From the NCBI GenBank assembly GCA_964276515.1, contig OZ193910.1:2232001-2296000 (forward strand): a stretch of DNA of 64,000 nucleotides, given 5' to 3'. Below the pieces are notes generated by a model. That model saw only the letters and a program-made list of their open reading frames with translations. It was not told where the DNA came from and made no database searches. The stretch comes from Gordius albopunctatus (Eukaryota). Of this stretch, positions 55,126 through 64,000 are shown in pieces; within the stretch, counting starts at the first letter, position 1; the number at the start of each line of letters is the position of its first letter. The position numbers were made by a program, and so were the translations under genes.

Positions 55126-57599
55126 ATTTCCAACCATAATCAGAATAGATGTTCCAACAACAGGAGATTCCACAATTGATTGGCAAAATTTGAAATGAAC
55201 GGTAATAAAATTTATAATTCGAGCAATCAAATGATTGGTTTTCGAAGTTTATATGTTATGTCGTACGAGCGCAAATTTATTAAGTGTTTTGATTGGTTTT
55301 AAGGATTTCGTCCATTATTTCTTTTGACCAGAAGTGCCTATTTATCGTTATGGCGCTACTTATTGCCTTAAAAAGTTTTTCTGCAATCGCTTTGTTGTTT
55401 GTGTCTAGATTTTTTACTCAAGTACGCCCGTTTCTTTACAATATATAAGCCTGTGACAAATAAATATTCTATATACTCTAAAATATCTCCATTTTCTTAA
55501 ATACAAATAACGAGCGCTTTTGAAAACTATAATTACTGTTTATTAAGCATACTTACAAATATTCAAATTTTTAAAACTAAAAATAAAAGTGAAATAGAAA
55601 TAAAACGAAAGTGAAATAGGCCAGAGGCCAGGTGGCGTGTAGGAGCGCGAATACAACAAAAAAATTCTCACGTTTTGTTCTTTTACCGTATTTTTACGAA
55701 GTTTGGTTATTAATATTACAAGTACAAAAACATTACTTTAACATTAAGATGATAAATTCAAAAAATGGTTACCCGAAAAACTTAAAGTGCAGTGCTATGA
55801 GCTATTATTCCTAAAGAATAATGCTTCTAGATGCAGCTCCTAACGACGCTAATACAATTAACGTTAGGAAACTAACCATTTTGTCCACATCATATGCACG
55901 TATACGCCCAAGATTAGATTACGTATGTTCCTAACTACGGTCGTCCAAACCTATTCATTTCATTTAGATGCAATTCTGCTTGGCGCAGTGCACATTAGCT
56001 TTTATTTATTGGCCAATCACCAGTCATGGGCATGACATCGCAGCACGTGTTTCCCCCAGAAACTTAAATCAATGATTAATCTCATTGCTAAGCATAAGGT
56101 CCTTTGGCTCTGTGCGTTGGTGGATGTACTCTGTGGAATGGCAAAGAGAGGTTTAGTTCATGCCCATAGGCACATATGTCTATATAGCTAGATCACCTCC
56201 AAACGAGATCGATGATGTAATATGTGATGAAATACGTGATCCTAAACTAGATAAGGATTTGTACAAAATGGTTACAAAAAATATGGATTCGTGATATATG
56301 GTAAAGGAATAAAGCGATACCCTCAAGGCTTGGTATGCAACACAATTACCGGCAATAATGGATATCATTTGTATAAAACAAGATCAACAAAAGATTGTAA
56401 TAACATGGTACCCATTCAACTTCGCGTCAAGGTGGTAACCGCTGGGCTGTTCCATATTGTCCTCTGCTATCAAAATTATGCAAATCACACATCATTTTTA
56501 AATATTGTAATTCGTTTAACAGGTTATGACGGTTTTTATCGTTCAACCAGATATCACTGTGTATATAGCGAGTGTTGACATCGATTAAACAGCTTAGTAT
56601 CATGCTTGAAAATATATAAGCAGCAATGAAGCTATATGACGTATTCTACCCTTTCCTTTCCTATACATGTACGCAGTCCTGCTAGAGTTTCCTTAGCTGT
56701 ACATATAGAAAATCGGCAATGCGTTTATTTTACAAATGCAAATGTCAAAAAAATAGCCGTAAATTCTCCAGATACAATGATAACTGCGTTCTTCAAGCTA
56801 TGTCAACACAATAATTTTGCGCAAAAACTGCAATATTGCGAAGTGCCTTGCACATGGAATTCGCGCAGCATGCGATAGGCCGACTATCCACTATTCATTC
56901 CAATCAAGATTAGTGTATCTTTCTGGCCCAACTTGTTTTCAGCAGTTAAAAGTGGTCACCGTCGTTGCACATTCCACTTTCCGCAGTGCATGCCAAGCCT
57001 TGCATTTACTAGAGCATAATAATTATTGGTATGAAGGAATTAGTGACGCGTGCTATAATTCACATCCAAAACAAATTCGTGTTTTATTGATCTCCTGCTC
57101 TCCATGTCCCACTAATTTATGGAATAAATAAAAAGCCGACATGACAGAAGATATCATTTATCGGAATAGACATCATGGATCAATTGCTAAAACACTACAA
57201 CGAAACATTAATTATTCTTGAAGATATATGCTTAGAAATTGGAACAAAGTTTTGACTCAATTGGGTATGCCTGCATCATCGATCTGCTGCTGCTCTATCT
57301 GATGTAGACTTACATCGTGAACTAAGTTACAACTACAGTGGTCGTTTGTCTTATGTGTGATCTAATGTTCCAAAGCTAACGCTGGAACAAAAATCCATTT
57401 ACGATCAGATTTTGCTTGCTGTTAATTTTTTTATCATATATAACTTTTTGCTTTAACTAATTCGCGGAAATTAGTATTATTTTCATTTTATTTTAACTAA
57501 ATATACTAATCTTTTTTTTATAAAATACATATTTTGTGAAGATACGATAAATAAAGAAAAAAGTTAAGAATTATAAATATCTGGAAAGCATTCTATTAT

Positions 57600-58130
57600 G
57601 GCTAATGAATTCTAGTTATAGATAGTTATGCCGATTTTCTGTCTTATAAAAAACGATTTGCGATTATCATGGGATTGTAAATAGATTTGTTTGCCTATTT
57701 TCTTAATAATTTGTAAGGCTTGGGGGCCAAAGGTTGTTAGGGTGGTTGCCGCAATGGGATTAGAAATTATAGTATTGTAAATTTAAGATTAATTTAAAAT
57801 TTCCGAGACTCGGCTGAAGACAGGGGATCTTTCTTTTGATAAGATGGGGCATATACGTCAGTGCATGTATAGTGTCATGCTAAAATGAGTCCTTTTTACC
57901 AAGAGCCTATTGTTTGGCCATCGGGTCGTTTGCTATTTTCACAGAGGCCTGTGGGTTCAAGAATAGAGGGGATACCAGCTATGGTATGCGATTACCGTGT
58001 AGGCCATGATGGCCATTAGATTTTAGGGAATTCTTGCAAAGTGATAAAATTTGTTCAGCAACTATATTCCATTCTAATATTAGGCCTACAGCGATGCGGA
58101 TATCTTTGTTCGATAAGAGTAGATCGAGGT
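57600..58130 (-). mobile_element. Degenerate Penelope-like RT fragment inside Helitron 2
   Basis: The minus strand has remnants resembling the PKI..P.WP.R and NLFT.IP motifs of Penelope-type RT. Heavily decayed. Confidence 0.45.
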
Positions 58131-59439
58131 TATGGCTGTCGAAAATATGATAAGTAATATCAATAAAAAAAGTAAAGACACCCCCCCCCCCAATTGTTTT
58201 TTAATTCGGCTCGCATCAAGAATCCCCATTGGTCAAGAACGCTCTATACCTGCATATAAACCACAGATCGATGTAATCCTTAGAACTAACTTCCCCAAAC
58301 CCCACTTTGGCACGTCCTCACTCTCAAAACCGTCCATATCTTTCAAACTGAAATCTCCCACCTCACCTTTACAACTAGCACACCAAGCTGCTCCCTGTGA
58401 TTAAATAAACAATTTCGGATCAACAATCTCAATAATAATAATTGGATAATACACAAGCACATGGGAATATCCAATGAAATCCTGAATAGTTTAACTTTTA
58501 TTTGTCTAACATTGTATGCAAATTATATTATTGCTATAATTATATGTGTTAATATGGTAAACCAAAACCGGGTAATTTGAATGTGCTTTTCTACTATCTC
58601 TTCATTTTATTACTGTAGATTTTAGACTATTACAATACACTACTATACACGCTTTTTAGTGGTTTTTAAACACTTTTGTCACCCAATTTTGCATTTATTG
58701 CTAAACATTGCTACCTAATAAGTATTTAAAACTGTTATAAATCTATTAAATTAATAATAAATATGCCTTTTCCTATTAAGCTAATATTAATTTGCATACT
58801 ATAAAAAAATATTTTTTCACATCATAACTCTCTTTCAGCTGACCTAAATTATTTCATAAAGATTCTATTGATAGGTACCAATTAGCCAAATCAGAACTAA
58901 GTTAAAGCAACGCTTGGCCGGGCACATCTAGTGTATAATAAAAAGTAAATTGTGCTGCTTGCAAAAAATTGATACCTCAATTGCAATAATGAAAAGTAAT
59001 ATTTGAACATGTAAGAAGGTTTTGATTTGGGGGCAAATTAGATAAACAGCATTTGCTATATTCTCCCAATGCTTTTAAAAGTTGTATTCAGAAAAATATT
59101 TTTTTCTTAAAAATGTTTACTGAGCTGGTAATATTATCATATCTAAATATTTTATTGACTAATACATTTGTTTATTTTTTATAGATGTTTATATATTTCT
59201 CCATAAATCCAAGTTTAGGTCATTATAATTTTCGTTTAGAAAAACCATCATTTAATTTTTCTTCCGTATTCAATATCCTCTCGCTATATATAATCCTAAC
59301 ATGTTAATCTAATCGTCATACGCTTTGAAATTAAAGAATGTACAATTCTCAAACATTTTATTTAATGTCTTTATATTTTTCTGTAATTTTTTTAATTGAC
59401 GATTTATTTTAAATTGAAAACACATAAACTTATTTTTTT

Positions 59440-60338
59440 TGATGACCTAATATTTGTCAAAGGATGGTTAACATATGTATCTAAATCTTTGTTTAAAATC
59501 GATGTGGCTGGATTGATAAAATAGGTAGAAGGGAAAGGAACGCGAAATATTGTGTAATTATAGCCCAGTATAAGGAAAAAAAGTGGAGACAAAATCACAA
59601 AAATGAAGCCAATTAATAGATAACAATAGAAATTACAAATCAAGTTATAGCGAGAAATTAACACTAGCGATTGTAGGAATGGATTTTTTAAAAAATAAAA
59701 TAAGTATAGATTGTGATAAAGGTGCAAAAATAAAAAATAACTGAATAAAAAAAGGAATACAGGTTATTTTTACAAACAACTGTGTTTAACAAAAATAGTA
59801 GGATGTAATCAAGGAATAAGTAGACATAGTAAATTATATAGGTAAGTGTGGATGTGTGTGCTTGTAGTTTTGAATTAGCCGGGTTAGTCGTTGACTTTTA
59901 GCTTAAGGCGAACGATCAGGATGCTTTCTACTAACTTCTTTTTTTGCTGTATCGCGATCTGTAAAGGATGTTAGGGTTGTCCTAATTAATGCTATTTTCA
60001 TTCTTTAACAAGTGTTTGGCTACGGCGGAGTGAGTCGCGCATCTTTTGAGCCTTGTGTTCTCTGATTATGTATTACAAGGTTATTTTTGTTTATCCACCG
60101 TAAAATTAGTTGCAGTCGGGAGAGGATATTTATTAATTAAATTAGAAACAAGATTTTTATCTATTATGTTATTAGGTTTAATTGGTGAGAATATGTTGTA
60201 GGTGGTTTTCTGAGAAACCTTAAGTTCCATTTTGTAAAATTGTAAAATATTTTCGATTTCTTTTAAGAAGTTTTTGCTAAGATTAGTATAGTATTCTGAG
60301 TGGATTCTACCTTTGTTAAAATTTTAGGGGATTTTATA
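59440..60338 (-). mobile_element. Penelope-like element, GIY-YIG endonuclease part (decayed)
   Basis: Minus strand about 60135-60010 gives KISSPDCN*FYGG*TK...IREHK...SAVAKHL, and ILNKDL near 59490. Confidence 0.65.
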
Positions 60339-60352
60339 TATTAACTTGTAAT

Positions 60353-63055
60353 CTTCTTCTTCTTCTTTATCAGTTATTTGGTCCCACATTGGTGGGGTTT
60401 GTTTTGATGTGTCTCTTCCATCTTGACCGGGTTAGTGCCATGTCTTGACTAATCTCTTTAGTTTCCATAACTTTATCGACTTGCCCTTTCTACGTGACAC
60501 GGGGTCGTCCTCTTCCTCTCTTTCCCGGTATTTCCATATCTAGCACTTTTCGATTTACGTCATCCGGGTCCCTTCTTAGTATATGCCCATACCACCTTAG
60601 CCGATTTTCGTTAATCATGTCCGCCATAGGTTTAATACCCATTTTTGTCATGAGAAAGTCATTCGTCATATGGTCGAGCTTAGTATACCCCAAGCTCCAC
60701 CGTATCATTCTCATCTCCGTGGCTTGTAATAGCTTTCATTCCGTGGTGTTTAATGCCCATGTTTCACTTCCATAGAGTAACACCGGTCTTACGATGGATT
60801 TGTAAGCTTTGCTCTTCAACCATATTGGCATTTTCTTGTCGCACATTACACCGGATATACTTCGCCATTTAAGCCATCCTTTTTGAATCCGGGCATTGAT
60901 TTCAGTTGCGCAACCTCCCTCTTGATGTAGAATAGAGCCGAGGTAAGTAAACCTGTCTACTTTTGGGTACTTTAGGTGATCATCCAGTGATGGGGTGCTT
61001 GTACCGTTCATTTCCATGTATACCGTTTTTCGATCGTTGACCTTTAAACCATATCCAGCTAAGCGCTTTGACAACTTTTCTGCTTCTTCGAATACCTTCT
61101 CCCTTGTTTCCTCGCATAGTACTATATCATCGGCATATAGCATACACCATGGCGATGGCTTTTGAAAGTCCCTCGTTATCGTGTCTATAATTATATTAAA
61201 TAAAAAGGGACTTAAAGCAGAGCCTTGATGTAATCCAATATTAACCCGAAAAGGTTTAGAGTCTCCAACAGTCGTCCTAACGCAAGAGTTTGAGGCTTCA
61301 TAGATATTTTTCATAAGCCGTATATATGCGTCAGGGATATTTTGCTTCCTCAGGCACCACCATATTAAATCGCGGGGGACCGTGTCATAAGCTTTATCCA
61401 AGTCGATAAAAACCATCATCTTCTTCATTTGTGTCCTAACTTCATCCTTCTGAAAGAGTTCGACCATACTTATATTTGGCTCAATTTCGGGAAGGGAATC
61501 CTTGTCATTTGCAATATTCATAAGTTTCTTAAAATATCCTTTCGACCTTTCCATCACTTCCTTCGGCTTGAATAAGGTTTGACCCTTCTCGCTTTTGACT
61601 ATTTTAAGAAATCCGACATCTCGACTTTTCTTCTCCCTTATCTTGGCCAATTTGTACATAAGCCTATCGCCCCATTTTTGATCCAGTTTGTTTGCCATCT
61701 CGGTGTACGCAGCATTCTTCGCTTTTGCAACGGCCTTTTTTGCGGCCCTCTTTGCGTCCCTGTACTCTTGATAATCCTCCGAATTTTTTGATTTATGCCA
61801 CCGTCTATATAGATTTTTCTTTATTTCGATGAAATCTTTAACCGATTGATCCCACCACCATAGTTCCCTATTCATAGCTTTGCCTCCTTTGGTCTGTCCT
61901 AGAACACGAATCGCTGTTTCCTTAATGTCCTTAGATAGCGTCTCCCAATCGTCGTCTATGTCCCTTTGCAACTTCCTTGCACCCAAGAGTGAGGACGCTT
62001 TTTGATGGTATTCTTCGTTCGTCAACGTATCCTTTAGCCTTTCGTATCGAATTCGAGGTTCATATACCTTTCTTCTTTCGGGAAATACTCTTCTGTCAAG
62101 ATCCATAACAAGGGGACGATGTTGCCTGGCGATTTCTTCTCCCGGTATTACTTTGCAATCTTTGATACTCCATAAATCCTTTCGCCGTATAAGCAAATAG
62201 TCGATTTGACTAAAATGCTTCCCACTTCTATAGGTCATAATATGATCTTCGCGCTTTTAAAAATAGGTGTTAACGATCGCCATGTCATATGCTTGGGATA
62301 CTTGGAGAAGTTTTTCCCCTTCTTTGTTCTTCAGACCATGCCCATAGCCTCCATGATTGCGTTCATACCCGAGGCGATCTTTCCCTACGTGAGCGTTGAA
62401 ATCGGCCCCAATAATTAGCCTTTCTTCCTGTTGGATTCCTTGTATTTCTTTTTCCAATGATTCGAAGAATGTGTCTTTCTCTGATTCCGAACACCCAATT
62501 TGGGGAGCATACGCGCACATGACGCTTAGGAGGCCCCCTTGATCCGCAATCTTCACCCACATTAGCCTGTCGGAACAACGCTTGACTTCCACCACCTTGT
62601 CCTTGAACGATTCGCTTAGAACGATACCGACCCCGTTTCTACGATTTGGTGACCCACTGTAGAAAAGCTTGTATCCTTCTCCTAATTCCCGAGCTTTTGT
62701 TCCGTTCCACCTCGTCTCTTGTAGGCAGGCGATGTGTACCTTTCTTCTCTTTAACATCTGTGCGACCTCGATGCTCTTTCCCGTCAACGTTCCCACATTC
62801 CAGCACGTAATTCGCATTCTTTCCACAACTAGTTTCCTTAACCGCCTTCGTTGTGAGTTAGGAAGTAACCCTAGTATATTTTTCACATTGCACGGGCGGG
62901 GTATGCAGTGCCCGTCGTTTGTGGAGGACGCCCTAGCCTTTTCTTGTAAAATCTCTTTTGAAACTATCATAAATTTTGGAGTTGATTTTTATAGCCGGTT
63001 TCCGACCTGACGCCAACCCTCCACTTTTTGCACACGGACTTGGGACCGTCGTAGG
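60353..63055 (-). mobile_element. Near full-length RTE-clade LINE (copy C) with a perfect TSD
   Basis: APE (CWNVGTL, CLQETRW, YAPQ, GADFN) and RT (YADD, YLGS) lie in one frame, broken by stops and a 381-nt deletion. (GAA)n tail. 14-bp TSD TATTAACTTGTAAT at 60339-60352 and 63056-63069. Confidence 0.98.
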
Positions 63056-63057
63056 TA
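63011..63057 (-). ncRNA. Twister ribozyme (P1 type) at the RTE 5' end, lacking the first 5 nt after the cleavage site
   Basis: The minus strand reads UAC CUACG ACGG UCCC AAG U CCGU GUGCAAAA AGUG GAGGG UUGGCG. This aligns with the rice Osa twister core as recalled (UGC CAAUG CCGG UCCC AAG C CCGG AUAAA AGUG GAGGG), with covariation. Confidence 0.75.
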
Positions 63058-63069
63058 TTAACTTGTAAT

Positions 63070-63400
63070 ATTTGTGAACAAATCAAGGGGATGATTTAGC
63101 TCTAAAAATCGTTGTGTTAAATGTTCGCTTTCAGGGTCTCTATCAGATTCTAGAGAGCAATATGGTATAGACTCTTTTAGCTATCACCCTAAAAGGGTTG
63201 ATTTTAAAAAATGAGAGAGAGTGTCTGTGTCATGGTATAGATTAAGAAGATTCATTCCATTTACGATAAACTCTTATGTTATGATAATTTTGTAAATTGT
63301 CGAGGGTTACATCTAAAATGGTAACTTTTTGTTTGTTTGTTTCTTTTTCGATTGTAAGGAATATATATTTGTGGAATGAATTTGAAACATTTATAAAATC
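63070..63400 (-). mobile_element. Penelope-like element, RT C-terminal part (continues 59440-60338)
   Basis: Minus-strand remnants LPF-DV, VYRKW, DTDTLSHF and CS...ESEHLTQRFLELNHPLDLF are typical of the Penelope RT thumb region. Confidence 0.6.
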
Positions 63401-64000
63401 TTTCAAATCATTAGTTAGGTTATAAGGCCAAATACATAAAATGTCATCAACATATCTGGAATAAAGGGGGGGGGGGGCGGGAATAAGCTAGAGGACTGTA
63501 TGTAGTATTCTATTCGCTAAGGAATATGTTAGAAATAATGGGAGCAAGGGGATTACCCATAGCAGTACCCTCGATCAGATCATAATTAATGTTATTAAAC
63601 TTAAGATATTTGTTGTACAAAAGTTAAATAATTTTTTGAAATAGTTTTCGTAAATAGGGGTTGCTCCATTTTTTCATAAACTTTCAAAAAATTTAGGACA
63701 CTTTCTAGATGGATGTTTGTAAATAACTTAAATGTAAAAATTTGCAAGTGAAAATGAATCTAATAAAGAGCAGATTTTTAAGCGATCAATTAAATTTAGA
63801 CAGTTTTTTAAAATTAAGGGTGAATCAACATATGGTAGTAAAATAGATAATAGGTACTGACTGACATACTGTAGGAATTATAAGGTTAATTATTTTATTC
63901 TTAAAAAAAGTTTATCTTACCCATTTACTCACTTCCTTTATTGTGATTTAATTTATACTTTCTTTCTTGATAATGGGCTATAATTGCTCGAAAATCGCGT

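Larger units (their letters stand above)
52362..58931 (+). mobile_element. Helitron 2, defective, with a degenerate Rep domain and cargo
   Basis: A|TC start at 52362. The 3' end is GGCCGGGCACATCTAG|T at 58931. The 5' region is homologous to Helitron 1. Rep motifs YGRPNLFI-F-CN (about 55937) and VEWQ-RGL-HAH (about 56134); the sequence breaks off at the helicase entry LTLEQKSIYDQIL (about 57420). Confidence 0.88.

Noticed and set aside
59215..59260. Hammerhead ribozyme at the Penelope terminus (minus strand ATGATG-GTTT-TTCT-AAAC-GAAA)
   Set aside because: It lacks an intact CUGANGA core and a clear stem III with a cleavage triplet. At best it is a decayed relic.

Overview
AT-rich, repeat-dense eukaryotic DNA, most likely from an invertebrate animal; the species cannot be named from sequence alone. 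Manual splicing recovers two convergent genes that the ORF track misses. One is an SSUH2 homologue (+, 29286-44138, 11 exons, about 457 aa, DnaJ-type CxxCxGxG repeats). The other is the centriole gene SAS-6 (-, 45235-47671, 13 exons, about 517 aa), which has very short introns of 33-42 nt. There is also an intronless orphan ORF of 438 aa and a weak candidate spliced gene near 11-14 kb. The rest is mobile DNA: several copies of an RTE-clade LINE with (GAA)n tails, two tandem Helitrons with internal minisatellites and a FLYWCH/MULE fragment, Penelope remnants, many hAT- and pogo-type MITEs, a tRNA-derived SINE, a perfect 4 x 207 bp array and a 2.47 kb (ACAT)n tract. The most notable signal is that the 5' ends of the RTE copies reconstruct a P1-type twister self-cleaving ribozyme with compensatory changes in P4 and pseudoknot T2. 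Two RTE copies also share the same in-frame TAA in the endonuclease domain, and the (ACAT)n tract abuts a Helitron-type 5' terminus. All coordinates and translations were read by eye; no database search was run.
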